64,000 nucleotides of DNA from Minisyncoccia bacterium (GTDB taxonomy: Bacteria; Patescibacteriota; Minisyncoccia; Phycocordibacterales; UBA9973), in contig JBBRTD010000001.1 in assembly GCA_038244685.1 (NCBI GenBank), positions 166,392-230,391 of the forward strand, written 5' to 3'. The first letter of the stretch is position 1. Each line of letters starts with the position of its first letter. The notes under the pieces were generated by a model. It saw nothing but the letters and a program-made list of their open reading frames with translations, searched no databases and was not told where the DNA came from. This document shows positions 39,731 through 49,867 of the stretch, piece by piece. A program made the translations under genes and the position numbers.

Positions 39731-40270
39731 TTATTTCTTAAATGGAACACCGATTAATTCAAAGAATTCTGTTGCTTCTGCCTTTGTCTTAGCAGATGTG
39801 ACTAAAGTAATCCCTAGTCCAAAAACATCTTTTAATTCTTCGTCACCAGTCTCAGGGAAAATTGTATGCTCTTTAATACTCATTGTAAGATTTCCGATAT
39901 TATCAACAATCTTTCTTTCAATACCACGGAAGTCCTTTGTGCGGGGAATAGCAACGTTTATAAGCTTATCTAGGAATCCATACATTCGAGCTCCACGTAG
40001 TGTTACCATAACTCCTACAGGGTCTCCAATACGAATCTTAAAACTAGCAATGGACTTCTTTGCACTTCGAGTTGCAGGCTTTTGACCTGTAATCTTCGCT
40101 AATCTCTCCATCACAAGCTTATTGTGATCTTTATTACGCTTTACACCAGAACCAGTACCTGAAGCTACTATCACCTTTACAAGGCGAGGGGCAGCCATAA
40201 CGTTCTTGTATCCGTATTTGGTCTTAAGTGTTGCGTATGCTTTTTTCTCTTTTTGTTTTACTGTTTCCAT
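39731..40270 (-). CDS. rplE: 50S ribosomal protein L5
   Basis: ITGQKP, KSIASFKIR, VTLRG, IPR.KDFRG. Confidence 0.98.
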   Translation of the reverse strand: METVKQKEKKAYATLKTKYGYKNVMAAPRLVKVIVASGTGSGVKRNKDHNKLVMERLAKITGQKPATRSAKKSIASFKIRIGDPVGVMVTLRGARMYGFLDKLINVAIPRTKDFRGIERKIVDNIGNLTMSIKEHTIFPETGDEELKDVFGLGITLVTSAKTKAEATEFFELIGVPFKK

Positions 40271-40275
40271 ATAAT

Positions 40276-40497
40276 TTATTTATCTAGTTTAGACACATTC
40301 GATACATGTATTGGCATAGCAATTTCTAATATCTGACTTTGTTCACCTTTACTCTTTGCCTTATGAGCCTTCTTTCTTAAATTGACACCTTCAACAACAA
40401 CCTTATTCTCGGCTGGAATTGCTTTTATAACTTTGCCTTTCTTGCCTTTATTTGAACCGGCAATAACTATTACATTGTCTCCTTTCTTTATTTTCAT
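40276..40497 (-). CDS. rplX: 50S ribosomal protein L24 (short)
   Basis: KKGDNVIVIAG..KGKKG, PIHVSNV. Confidence 0.96.
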   Translation of the reverse strand: MKIKKGDNVIVIAGSNKGKKGKVIKAIPAENKVVVEGVNLRKKAHKAKSKGEQSQILEIAMPIHVSNVSKLDK

Positions 40498-40526
40498 ATA
40501 TTTAAATTCGAATTAGTAATCAGTGA

Positions 40527-40898
40527 TTATACAACCTCTTGTGATAATGAAATAATTTTCTGATAACCTCTTTCTGCTAACTCACGTGGTATAGGTCCGA
40601 AAACACGTCCACCTTTTGGATCCTGTTTATCTTTTTCCAAGATTACAACAGCATTGTCATCGAATCGAATATAAGATCCATCTTTTCTTCTGAATGTCTT
40701 CACAGTACGAACAACAACAGCTTGGCAGACATCCTTTTTCTTTACAGACTTACGAGGTTCCGCAACTTTAACAGAGATAATAACTTTATCTCCTATACAT
40801 GCATAACGTTTACGTGAGGAACCAAGGACTTTGAAAACCTTGCCCACTTTACCGCCGGCATTATCTGTTATATTTACTACTGTTCCGTCTTGAATCAT
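40527..40898 (-). CDS. rplN: 50S ribosomal protein L14
   Basis: DNAGG, RFDDNAVV, RVFGPI.REL. Confidence 0.98.
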   Translation of the reverse strand: MIQDGTVVNITDNAGGKVGKVFKVLGSSRKRYACIGDKVIISVKVAEPRKSVKKKDVCQAVVVRTVKTFRRKDGSYIRFDDNAVVILEKDKQDPKGGRVFGPIPRELAERGYQKIISLSQEVV

Positions 40899-40905
40899 AT
40901 ATTAT

Positions 40906-41148
40906 TTAAATTACTTTAAAATGCTTATCTTTAGACATTGGCTTTGTCTCTTCGATTTCGACTTGATCTCCTACTTTCTTTTCATTGTTCTCATCATGAG
41001 CTTTGTAGTTTTTTGTTTTCTTGATACGCTTTCCGTATTTCTTGTGTTCAACGTAGCGAGTAACTTCAACAACGACAGTTTTATCCATCTTGTCTGAAAC
41101 GACAACCCCTTTTAGAACTTTATTTGTTTTTTTGATTTGTGTTTCCAT
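40906..41148 (-). CDS. rpsQ: 30S ribosomal protein S17
   Basis: [26 protein letters not shown]. Confidence 0.98.
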   Translation of the reverse strand: METQIKKTNKVLKGVVVSDKMDKTVVVEVTRYVEHKKYGKRIKKTKNYKAHDENNEKKVGDQVEIEETKPMSKDKHFKVI

Positions 41149-41161
41149 GTTGTTGTTTTAA

Positions 41162-41578
41162 TTATCTTGCTACTATACGAGTTGATACTGGTAGTTTTGT
41201 TCCAGCCTTGCGAAGAGCTTCTTTAGCAACTGCAGGTGTAACTCCATCTACTTCAAATAATACTCTTCCTGGGCGAACATCCAAACAGTAACCTTGTGGG
41301 TCTCCTTTTCCTTTTCCCATTCCTACTTCTGCAGGTTTAGCTGTAAAAGGTCTGTCAGGAAAAATTCTTGTCCACATACGTCCTGTCTTACCAATTGTTC
41401 TTGATGTTACCTTACGAGCTGATTCTATCTGATTAGCACGAACACGTCCACCTGAAATAGCTTTGAGTCCGAATGATCCAAAAGCAACAGTAATACCACG
41501 AGTGTCCGGTGTGACTTTCGTCATATCAGTTCTACTTGTCTGCCATTTTCTATATTTTACTTTTTTTGGTGTTAACAT
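41162..41578 (-). CDS. rplP: 50S ribosomal protein L16
   Basis: PKKVKYRK, RIFPD, MGKGKG. Confidence 0.98.
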   Translation of the reverse strand: MLTPKKVKYRKWQTSRTDMTKVTPDTRGITVAFGSFGLKAISGGRVRANQIESARKVTSRTIGKTGRMWTRIFPDRPFTAKPAEVGMGKGKGDPQGYCLDVRPGRVLFEVDGVTPAVAKEALRKAGTKLPVSTRIVAR

Positions 41579-41587
41579 AAAATTTTC

Positions 41588-42250
41588 TTATTTTTTAACC
41601 TCGTTAAAAACTTCTCCACGGTAAATCCAAACTTTAATACCGATATCGCCATAACTCATATGAGCTTTCTCACGAGCAAAGTCAACGTCAGCACGGAAAG
41701 TCTGTAAAGGAATAGAACCACGCTTTATCTGCTCACTACGAGCAATTTCAGCTCCACCTAATCTTCCTCCTAGATAAATACGAGCTCCTTTAACTCCGCG
41801 AGCTGTCATCACCTTCTCAATAGTCTGTTTCATTACGCGACGGAAAGGAAGACGCTTCTCTAATCCTTCAGCTATCATACATCCAACAATTGCAGCATCT
41901 GCATCTGGATTTGTAACTTCAACTATATCAAATTTAAATTCTTCAGGAATAGTAACTCCTTTTCTTAGCATCATTTTTACTAATTCTGCTTTAAGTTTAG
42001 TAGCTCCTTCACCAGAACGGCCAATGATCATACCAGGACGTGAAGTGAAAACCATAACCTTCGTAGCTTTAGCACTTCTATCAATTTCAATTCTTGAAAT
42101 ATAGAAACCGCGTAACTTCTTCATTAAAAACTCACGAATAACAACATCACTCTTAAGTAAATCTTTGTATTTCTTGTCAGCAAACCAACGTGATTTCCAA
42201 TCACGAAGCGTTACTAATCTATGTGCATATGGATGGACAACTTTTGACAT
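41588..42250 (-). CDS. rpsC: 30S ribosomal protein S3
   Basis: KVVHP, SRWFA, RPG..IG, GRLGGAEIAR, GIKVWI. Confidence 0.98.
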   Translation of the reverse strand: MSKVVHPYAHRLVTLRDWKSRWFADKKYKDLLKSDVVIREFLMKKLRGFYISRIEIDRSAKATKVMVFTSRPGMIIGRSGEGATKLKAELVKMMLRKGVTIPEEFKFDIVEVTNPDADAAIVGCMIAEGLEKRLPFRRVMKQTIEKVMTARGVKGARIYLGGRLGGAEIARSEQIKRGSIPLQTFRADVDFAREKAHMSYGDIGIKVWIYRGEVFNEVKK

Positions 42251-42256
42251 ATAAAA

Positions 42257-42691
42257 TTAGGCTTTAGCCTCTGGCTTCTTAGTTGATTTCGACTTCTTTT
42301 CTTTTACTACTTTAACTTCTTTTTCTTCTTTAACTATTTTTGATACTTTCTTATCTTTCTTTTCAGTTGGCTTTTCTATAAGAGTAAGCATGATGTGACT
42401 TGTACGCTTGTTAATACGAGAAGCACTACCGCGAGCACGAGGCATTGAACGCTTCATGACGATACCTTCATTAACTGTAACGTTTTGGACATATAAATCC
42501 TTATCTGAAATTCCAGCCTGCTTTGCATTAGAAACTGCTGAAGCTAATAGCTTCTCGATTGGTTCTGCTGCTCTTTTTGCTAGACTTTTTAACTCAGTAA
42601 AAGCGTCAACAATCCTTTTGTTTTTGATTAAGTCTGCGACAAGGCGAACCTTGCGGGGAGACTGTCTGTAATTTTTTAAAAATGCTTTCAT
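42257..42691 (-). CDS. rplV: 50S ribosomal protein L22
   Basis: SPRKVRLVADLI, PRARG, KRTSHI. Lys-rich tail. Confidence 0.98.
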   Translation of the reverse strand: MKAFLKNYRQSPRKVRLVADLIKNKRIVDAFTELKSLAKRAAEPIEKLLASAVSNAKQAGISDKDLYVQNVTVNEGIVMKRSMPRARGSASRINKRTSHIMLTLIEKPTEKKDKKVSKIVKEEKEVKVVKEKKSKSTKKPEAKA

Positions 42692-42701
42692 ATAAGGTTA
42701 A

Positions 42702-43049
42702 TTATTTTTTCTTGGTAGTGGTGGTAGTTGCTTTTGCGGCCTTTGATGCGGTAATTTCAGATTCTTTCTTTTTGGCTTCTAGTTCTTTCTGCATCTTTCC
42801 TCCGTGTCTGACGAACTTTCTTGTTAGAGAGAATTCACCAAGTCTGTGTCCTACCATATCTTCACTTACTAATACTTCTACATGGACTTTACCATTATGA
42901 ACTCCAAATACGAAACCTACCATTTCTGGAGAGATAACGCATGCACGTGACCAGGTTTTAATTACACCTGTCTCAAGTGGCTTCTTGCCGGCAATTTTTT
43001 TCAAAAGCCTTTCGTCTACATATGGTCCTTTTTTAAGTGATCGTGTCAT
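42702..43049 (-). CDS. rpsS: 30S ribosomal protein S19
   Basis: [21 protein letters not shown]. Confidence 0.98.
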   Translation of the reverse strand: MTRSLKKGPYVDERLLKKIAGKKPLETGVIKTWSRACVISPEMVGFVFGVHNGKVHVEVLVSEDMVGHRLGEFSLTRKFVRHGGKMQKELEAKKKESEITASKAAKATTTTTKKK

Positions 43050-43085
43050 ATAAATATAAATAAGCTCAACAGAGCCTGTGTGCCT

Positions 43086-43113
43086 ATACTAGCAAATATA
43101 AAATAAATGTCAA
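43086..43113 (-). promoter_or_regulatory. Internal promoter for the rpsS-rplE segment
   Basis: Minus strand TTGACA-16-TAGTAT with TG extension. Confidence 0.65.
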
Positions 43114-43273
43114 CCAAATAATAAAGATACTGCTAATGTGAACAATTGAGGTCCAACAGGGGTTCCAATATCTGGCTAAAGTATTGGACATCTATTGCAT
43201 AATTTATTGACAAAACTAAGCCAAAAGGTAATATGAGTAAAAAATTCATTTAAATTTAACAAATTGATTTATT

Positions 43274-44014
43274 ATGGCAGATTCAAGAGTAAATGAAATC
43301 AGCGAAGCGATAGCTTTGGCTGGATTGAGAATTGGGGCTATTAAAATAAGGCCAGCTAACCCATTTCTATGGGCATCGGGGACTTACAATCCCATATATA
43401 ATGACAATAGAATGTTCTTATATCATCCCTAATTACGCAGGATGATTATAGAAGGTTTTATTGAAATATTGGCTGGTGTTAAAAGCAGTCTTTATTACGG
43501 ACGGAAACAAACAATGGTTGCTGGCACTTCAACAGCTGGAATCCCCCATGGATATGGATTCGCAGATGCGCTTAAAGTTCCATTCGTTTACGTGAGAGAT
43601 AAGCCGAAAGATCACGGGATGAAAAACCAGATTGAGGGCATTGATGCCGAAAAAGACCTAACCGATGAAGTATTAATTCTAATTGAGGACTTGATTTCAA
43701 CAGGCGGAAGTAGTGTAGCAGCTGTTGATGCCATAAGAAAGGCTAAGGGGAAATGCAAGCTTTGCATCTCAATTTTTAACTATGGATTGCCAAATCCTCC
43801 AAAAATGTTTGCAGGGGAAATACCTTACAGCAAAAATGGAGAGAAGTTACTCGAACCATGTGCCTTAGAATCATTACTTTATTATCCCAAATTACTTGAA
43901 GTTGGAGTAAATAACGGATTTATTAAAAAAGAAGAGGAAGCCATCTTGCTTGGGTGGATGGACGACCAACCAAACTGGGGAGAGAAGAACGGATTCCCTC
44001 CGGTTTTAAAATAA
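43274..44014 (+). pseudogene. pyrE: Orotate phosphoribosyltransferase interrupted by an in-frame TAA at 43430-43432
   Basis: ATG 43274 reads ..PFLWASG..PIYNDNR..YHP*LRRMII.., in frame with VYVR..PKDHG and LIEDLISTGGS. Confidence 0.85.
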
Positions 44015-44086
44015 AATGCATTAATATAAATAGAGCATGAAGAAATTTTCTTCATGCTCTATTTTTGTGATGTCTAAATTAAATAT

Positions 44087-44476
44087 TTATATTAAAGGAA
44101 TTATCTTCGGTAAAAAAATTATAAGTCCAATAAGACCAGAGACAATAACAGAAAGTGCCACAGCTCCAGCTGCCACATCTTTTGTATCGCGAGCATATGG
44201 GTGATAATTCGGACTTGTCAGGTCAATATCAATTTCAATAGCAGTATTAAAAGCTTCAGCTATTATCACTAAACCAATAGCGAAAACTATAATTGCCCAT
44301 TCAATAGAGGAAATTCCTAATTCAAAACCTAGATAAATAGCCAAAACTGCAAAAAAAAGATGGACCCAAAAGTTATGTGTTGATCTTATAAAAACACCAA
44401 GCCCCCTCAAAGCATGAGTCGTACTTTTAATGCGAGCCACCAGAGAAAACCTTTTTTTTTCAGTAAGTTTTTCCAT
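44087..44476 (-). CDS. dgkA: DgkA-family diacylglycerol/undecaprenol kinase
   Basis: A.RGL, EAFNTAIE..ID, KDVAAGAV. Confidence 0.9.
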   Translation of the reverse strand: MEKLTEKKRFSLVARIKSTTHALRGLGVFIRSTHNFWVHLFFAVLAIYLGFELGISSIEWAIIVFAIGLVIIAEAFNTAIEIDIDLTSPNYHPYARDTKDVAAGAVALSVIVSGLIGLIIFLPKIIPLI

Positions 44477-44490
44477 GATATTAAAAAATA

Positions 44491-44940
44491 TTATTCAATA
44501 ACAACGTACTTTTTTTGAATATAATATATACCGTAAGTGCAAATCGCTATCAAGGCCAACATAACAACATAAAACTGCAAAGTTGTATGATGATTATAAA
44601 AATAAACACTTATCTGTAGCAATAACTGACATGATAAAATTATACTAACAACATAATATGGAACTAATGCAATAGCATACTGCTTTTTATTTTCAGAAAG
44701 AGATACATTGATAGTTAAAGCTAAAACAAGGAAAGCAATAATTACAACGGCATGCATTATGATGACATTAATATTACCAAAGTAATCAAGAGGAGGGGCA
44801 ATTAACAAACGGCCTGTATCATATAATATACGCTCAGCTAAGGCCAAAAGGGCAAGACCCAAAAGAGTTATTATAAAACTTCCTGAACCAGTAAACTTTG
44901 TTTTAAAAACATTATTATTTTCTTCAAGTATTAATGACAT
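44491..44940 (-). CDS. Hypothetical 4-TM membrane protein
   Basis: Hydrophobic. Resembles the C-terminal part of 44946-45578. Confidence 0.75.
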   Translation of the reverse strand: MSLILEENNNVFKTKFTGSGSFIITLLGLALLALAERILYDTGRLLIAPPLDYFGNINVIIMHAVVIIAFLVLALTINVSLSENKKQYAIALVPYYVVSIILSCQLLLQISVYFYNHHTTLQFYVVMLALIAICTYGIYYIQKKYVVIE

Positions 44941-44945
44941 ATAAT

Positions 44946-45578
44946 TTAATTTTTAATATATTTTTGAATAAAAATAACTATACCTGTTAAGACGGCAATA
45001 ACAAGTATAAGCACGACGTAAACACCATAGGTTGCATTTGTATTTAAAATATAAGCACTCGTATCCCAAAGTAATCTAACTAAAAGCCAGGCTGATGTAA
45101 TAAAATATGGTTGAGAAATTATTAAATATCTTTTATTATCTTCGGAAAATGATCCATGTAGAATAAAAGCAACAACAAGAAATGGCAAAATAATCATTGC
45201 ATCAAAAATTAATTTGGCATTTGCATTAACTGTAGAGATGGCACTATCATCAATTACTTTATTAACCAAGATAAGCAGTGCTCCAAATAAGATAATTGCG
45301 AGTCCAATACTAAAAGGAGAGTTATATTCTATAACAGCTTTTTCTAAAATACTTTTTTCTTGTGAAACAGCAATCACCGGTTGTCCAACCAAGACAGGAA
45401 CAGGTGCCATGGGGGCATCTTTTTGTAAAATATCTTCTATTCTTTTTATTTCTAAGTAAGCTTCATTAATATCCACCGGCTGCCATCCATTTTTATTTAA
45501 AACTTCTCGAATGGTAACCTCTGGAAAACCTTGTAATTGAACTTTTTTAATATACTCAACTAGTTGTTGATTAGCCAT
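44946..45578 (-). CDS. Hypothetical membrane protein with N-terminal helical domain
   Basis: L..YI....G.....I...L...GW....I..A N-terminus plus 4 TMs. Confidence 0.78.
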   Translation of the reverse strand: MANQQLVEYIKKVQLQGFPEVTIREVLNKNGWQPVDINEAYLEIKRIEDILQKDAPMAPVPVLVGQPVIAVSQEKSILEKAVIEYNSPFSIGLAIILFGALLILVNKVIDDSAISTVNANAKLIFDAMIILPFLVVAFILHGSFSEDNKRYLIISQPYFITSAWLLVRLLWDTSAYILNTNATYGVYVVLILVIAVLTGIVIFIQKYIKN

Positions 45579-45661
45579 ATGTAAATAATTATACTACCCC
45601 ATATAGCTTTAAGCAATAAAAAATACCCTTGCGGGTATTTTTTATGATAGAGATTTTAATA

Positions 45662-46513
45662 TTATTTTGAATTCTTTGTTTTACCAACTTTACGTCTGGA
45701 TACAATCCACATGTTTGAGTATTTCTTTGGTGTACGAGTCTTCTGGCCCTTTCCTGATGGCTTTCCCCACATAGTCTTGGCTCTTCTTAGTCCTCGTCCC
45801 TGACGTCCTTCTCCTCCTCCGTGTGGATGATCCACTGGGTTCATGGCAGTTCCTCGAACTGTAGGACGAATACCTAACCATCTTGAACGCCCAGCTTTAC
45901 CAATATTTTGAAGTATGTATTCAGAATTTGAAACTTCACCAATTGAGGCCCAAGCATTTTCTGAGACCTTACGGATTTCAGTTGATGGCATTTTGATATT
46001 GGTATAACCATTATCATTAGCCACGACTTGTCCGAATGTTCCAGCACTACGTGCAAGCTTTCCTCCATTCCCTGGTTTGATTTCTACGTTATAAACGAGA
46101 GTACCAACTGGAATCATTTTAAGAGGTAAACGGTTTGCAACTGTTAGTGGAGCTTTTTCTCCAACAGTGAACTTGTCTCCAACTTTAACTGACTTTGGAA
46201 TAATCACATATCGCTTTTCTCCATCTGCATAGCAAGCTAAACCAATGAATGCATTACGATTTGGATCATATTCAATAGAAGTTATTTTAGCAGGAATATC
46301 ACGCTTGTTATACATGAAATCGATTTCTCGGTAAAGTCTTTTATGTCCTCCACCTTTATGTCGCATAGTTATACGTCCTTGATTATTACGTCCAACAGAT
46401 CTCTTAAAACCATGAGTTAAAGCTTTTAGGGGCTCGCTCTTAGTTAAGACGTTACGATATGTAACTGTTGTCTGGTGACGTTTCGATGGTGTTGTAGGTT
46501 TATATGTTTTCAT
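45662..46513 (-). CDS. rplB: 50S ribosomal protein L2
   Basis: GRNNQGRIT, EYDPNR, RGTAMNPVDHPHGGGEG. Confidence 0.98.
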   Translation of the reverse strand: MKTYKPTTPSKRHQTTVTYRNVLTKSEPLKALTHGFKRSVGRNNQGRITMRHKGGGHKRLYREIDFMYNKRDIPAKITSIEYDPNRNAFIGLACYADGEKRYVIIPKSVKVGDKFTVGEKAPLTVANRLPLKMIPVGTLVYNVEIKPGNGGKLARSAGTFGQVVANDNGYTNIKMPSTEIRKVSENAWASIGEVSNSEYILQNIGKAGRSRWLGIRPTVRGTAMNPVDHPHGGGEGRQGRGLRRAKTMWGKPSGKGQKTRTPKKYSNMWIVSRRKVGKTKNSK

Positions 46514-46514
46514 A

Positions 46515-46853
46515 TTATACAAATGCTATCTTATCGCCTTTTTTCATATATACGACCGCTTTTTTCCCTCCTTTTTTTGTACCCTTTTTTCCACGACGAA
46601 TGATTGCCTTTTCTTTAATTTGAATAATGGCAACTCTTGCTGGAGTTAATCCATAAATCAATTTAATAGCTTTCTTTATCTCATTCTTATTAGCATTGTC
46701 TGCTACGTTGAAAGTGTAGTTTCCCTTTTCAGCTCCTAAGGCTGCCTTTTCTGTAATACGTGCACCTTTAATTAAAGGATGAGTTTTTACTTTTTTTGTA
46801 TCTTCTACTGCTACTACTTCTTTAGTATTCTTTTTTGTTTTTGTTGTAGCCAT
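46515..46853 (-). CDS. rplW: 50S ribosomal protein L23
   Basis: ITEKA, ANKNEIK.A, KKAVV. Confidence 0.95.
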   Translation of the reverse strand: MATTKTKKNTKEVVAVEDTKKVKTHPLIKGARITEKAALGAEKGNYTFNVADNANKNEIKKAIKLIYGLTPARVAIIQIKEKAIIRRGKKGTKKGGKKAVVYMKKGDKIAFV

Positions 46854-46854
46854 A

Positions 46855-47523
46855 TTATTTCTTTTCTATCTTACCACCCAAGAAAGCAATACTTTCAGTT
46901 GGCTGTGAGATAATAATATATCGGAAAGCAAGCAAATCCACTGGATTCATGTTGCGAACTTCATCGACTTCGACTGTTTTTATATTTGCGAAACTCTTCT
47001 TAATAACATCTCCTTTTGCGGGAACTGAAATATATATGTTTGGATTTTTACCTCCAGTCATTTTTTCAAATCCTTTCAAAGCACTTAAATCTTTAATAAC
47101 AGAAACTGCATCTTTAGTCTTAATATCTTTAAGATTTAATTCTTCAAGGAAAATTATTTGTCCTTTTCTTAACTTCTCAGACAAAACTGTATAAAGAGCC
47201 TTTGCCTTCATTTTCTTGTTTATTTTCTGGTCGTAACTTTTTTCATTACGTGGTCCATGAGTAACTCCTCCACCTACCCAAATAGGTGAGCGAGAAGAAC
47301 CATGACGAGCACGTCCTGTACCTTTCTGTTTCCAAGGCTTTCTACCTCCTCCACGAACATCGGATCGGTCCTTTGTATGAGCAACTGGTGTACGAGCATT
47401 CGCTTGCATAGCAGTTACAACTTGGTGAACTAAGTCACCATTCCAAGGCACACCGAAGATTGATTCTGGTAGTTCGAATTTACCAACAGACTTACCTTTT
47501 TGATTGTATATTTGTGTTTCCAT
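46855..47523 (-). CDS. rplD: 50S ribosomal protein L4
   Basis: KPWKQKGTGRARHGS.RSP.W.GGG. Confidence 0.98.
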   Translation of the reverse strand: METQIYNQKGKSVGKFELPESIFGVPWNGDLVHQVVTAMQANARTPVAHTKDRSDVRGGGRKPWKQKGTGRARHGSSRSPIWVGGGVTHGPRNEKSYDQKINKKMKAKALYTVLSEKLRKGQIIFLEELNLKDIKTKDAVSVIKDLSALKGFEKMTGGKNPNIYISVPAKGDVIKKSFANIKTVEVDEVRNMNPVDLLAFRYIIISQPTESIAFLGGKIEKK

Positions 47524-47524
47524 A

Positions 47525-48124
47525 TTATCCGATTATTTCTACGAGCGTTCCGCGTCTTCCTGGAATCGCGCCCTTAATAAGTAATTGGTTATTTTCGACA
47601 TCAACACCAACAATTTCCAAATTTCTAACAGTAATACGATCGCTACCTGTACGGCCGCCCATGCGCATTCCCTTTGGAACTTTGTTACGAAGACCTCCAC
47701 CAATAGAACCTGGTTCACGTTCGGAATGTTTCTGTCCGTGACTTCTTGGTCCTCCATGGAAACCATGACGTTTAACAACGCCCTGGAAACCTTTTCCTTT
47801 TGATATACCAGTAACTGTAATTATATCCCCTTTTGCAAAGGCTGATACCGTTATCTTGTCACCAACTACCATCTCTTCTATATCTCGAAATTCTCGAAGA
47901 TGCTTATAAGCTCCTTCTTTGACATGTCCAAGATGCGCCTTTGTTGCGCGACTTTCTTTTTGTTCTTCAAAAGCTACCTGCACTGCAGTGTAACCATCTT
48001 TATCAGGGCTTTTCATTTGAGTGACGATAAGTGGGCCAGCTGAAATAACAGTAGTTGGCACTACACGTCCATCTTCTTCAAAGCACTGCATCATATGCTG
48101 TTTTTTACCAAGGATAAATTTCAT
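47525..48124 (-). CDS. rplC: 50S ribosomal protein L3
   Basis: DGYTAVQ, KGKGFQGVVKRHGF, GAIPG. Confidence 0.98.
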   Translation of the reverse strand: MKFILGKKQHMMQCFEEDGRVVPTTVISAGPLIVTQMKSPDKDGYTAVQVAFEEQKESRATKAHLGHVKEGAYKHLREFRDIEEMVVGDKITVSAFAKGDIITVTGISKGKGFQGVVKRHGFHGGPRSHGQKHSEREPGSIGGGLRNKVPKGMRMGGRTGSDRITVRNLEIVGVDVENNQLLIKGAIPGRRGTLVEIIG

Positions 48125-48138
48125 ATAATTAATATCTA

Positions 48139-48507
48139 TTACATCATCTTCACATCGATATCAACACCGGACGGTAGTGACAAACTTGTGAGCGCTTCAA
48201 TAGTTTTTGGATTAGGATTTAGGATATCGATAACGCGTTTATGAATTCTGATTTCAAACTGTTCACGAGCATTTTTGAATACAAACGATGCTCTGTTTAC
48301 AGTGTATTTTTTAATTTCGGTAGGAAGTGGAATTGGTCCAACAATCTTAGCATCATAACGAAGAGCAGTATCAATAATTTGCTTGACGGATGCGTCAAGA
48401 ATCTTATTCTCGTAAGCTCTTACTCGAATGCGAAGTTGTACAACCGCATCTTCTTTCCCTTTTTTTGGTTTTATTCCACCTATTGGTGGAGTGATCTTTG
48501 TTGTCAT
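48139..48507 (-). CDS. rpsJ: 30S ribosomal protein S10
   Basis: GPIPLPT, REQFEIRIHKR. Confidence 0.98.
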   Translation of the reverse strand: MTTKITPPIGGIKPKKGKEDAVVQLRIRVRAYENKILDASVKQIIDTALRYDAKIVGPIPLPTEIKKYTVNRASFVFKNAREQFEIRIHKRVIDILNPNPKTIEALTSLSLPSGVDIDVKMM

Positions 48508-48538
48508 ACGTTTGTAATTAAAAAGAACGGAGTAATAC

Positions 48539-49738
48539 TTATTTGATGATCTTTGTTACAACACCAGCACCAACTGTTTTACCACCCTCACGGATAGCAA
48601 AGTGCATAGCTTCTTCAAGAGCAACTGGAGTTACAAGCTTAACTGTAAGTTTAACTGTATCACCTGGCATAACCATTTCTACTCCTGCTGGTAATGTTGA
48701 TTCACCTGTAACGTCAGTTGTACGGATGTAAAACTGAGGTTTGTAACCTGTGAAGAATGGTGTGTGACGACCTCCTTCTTCCTTTTTCAATACGTAAATT
48801 TCACACTCGAATTCTGCATGAGGAGTAACAGTTCCTGGTTTAACTAAAACTTGACCACGTGTTACATCTTCTTTTTTGATTCCACGGATAAGGATACCAG
48901 CATTGTCGCCAGCCATACCTTCTTTTAAGTTCTTGTTGAACATTTCAATACCAGTAACAGTTGTCTTTGCTGTATCTTTAATACCAACAATTTCAACATC
49001 TTCACCAACTTTGATAACTCCACGTTCAATTTTACCAGTAACAACTGTTCCACGTCCTTCAATTGAGAATATATCTTCAATAGGCATAAGGAATGGCTTT
49101 GTAATATCACGTTCTGGAACTGGAATATAAGTATCAAGGGCAGTTACTAATTCTAGTATTTTCTTTGCCCAATCATCATTATTGTCTGCTGATTCAAGAG
49201 CCTTCAAAGCTGAACCACGGATAACTGGAGCATTTGCGCCATCAAATCCTTGTTTTGTAAGAAGTTCACGAACTTCTTCTTCAACTAATTCAAGCATATC
49301 TGGATCATCAACCATGTCGCATTTGTTTAAGAATACAACAATTTTAGGAACGTTAACTTGCTTAGCAAGTAAGATATGTTCACGTGTCTGAGGCATAACT
49401 CCGTCTGTAGCAGCAACAACGATAACTGCACCGTCCATTTGAGCGGCACCTGTAATCATATTCTTAATATAGTCGGCGTGACCTGGAGCATCTATGTGAG
49501 CATAGTGACGTGTAGGTGTCCAATATTCATTATGTGACAATGCAATAGTAATACCACGAGCCTTTTCTTCAGGAGCTGAGTCGATTTGATCAACACCCTT
49601 AATTTTAGCACCGTATTCACCACCTTGTCTTGCCAATACCTGCAAAATAGCCGCGGTTAATGTAGTTTTCCCGTGATCGACGTGACCAATAGTACCTACG
49701 TTAACGTGAGGCTTATCTCTTTTAAATTCTTCTGCCAT
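48539..49738 (-). CDS. tuf: Elongation factor Tu
   Basis: [26 protein letters not shown]. Start at MAEEF. Confidence 0.99.
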   Translation of the reverse strand: MAEEFKRDKPHVNVGTIGHVDHGKTTLTAAILQVLARQGGEYGAKIKGVDQIDSAPEEKARGITIALSHNEYWTPTRHYAHIDAPGHADYIKNMITGAAQMDGAVIVVAATDGVMPQTREHILLAKQVNVPKIVVFLNKCDMVDDPDMLELVEEEVRELLTKQGFDGANAPVIRGSALKALESADNNDDWAKKILELVTALDTYIPVPERDITKPFLMPIEDIFSIEGRGTVVTGKIERGVIKVGEDVEIVGIKDTAKTTVTGIEMFNKNLKEGMAGDNAGILIRGIKKEDVTRGQVLVKPGTVTPHAEFECEIYVLKKEEGGRHTPFFTGYKPQFYIRTTDVTGESTLPAGVEMVMPGDTVKLTVKLVTPVALEEAMHFAIREGGKTVGAGVVTKIIK

Positions 49739-49867
49739 ATGTTTTATTGGTTGATATATATAACAGAGCATACGAGAACCTTACTCTATTCTAGCTACCA
49801 ACATAAATTAATAATAAATAATTCACCTCGTCATAGACGAAGTAGACGCAAATTGCGATTGACTTTC

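Noticed and set aside
43430-43432. Programmed readthrough or recoding in pyrE
   Set aside because: TAA is the dominant stop here and no recoding signal is evident. Mutation or error is simpler.
48473-48492. Hairpin TTCCACC-tatt-GGTGGAG in the rpsJ 5' coding region as a mobile mini-palindrome
   Set aside because: A single 7-bp stem that could be chance. No clear second copy.
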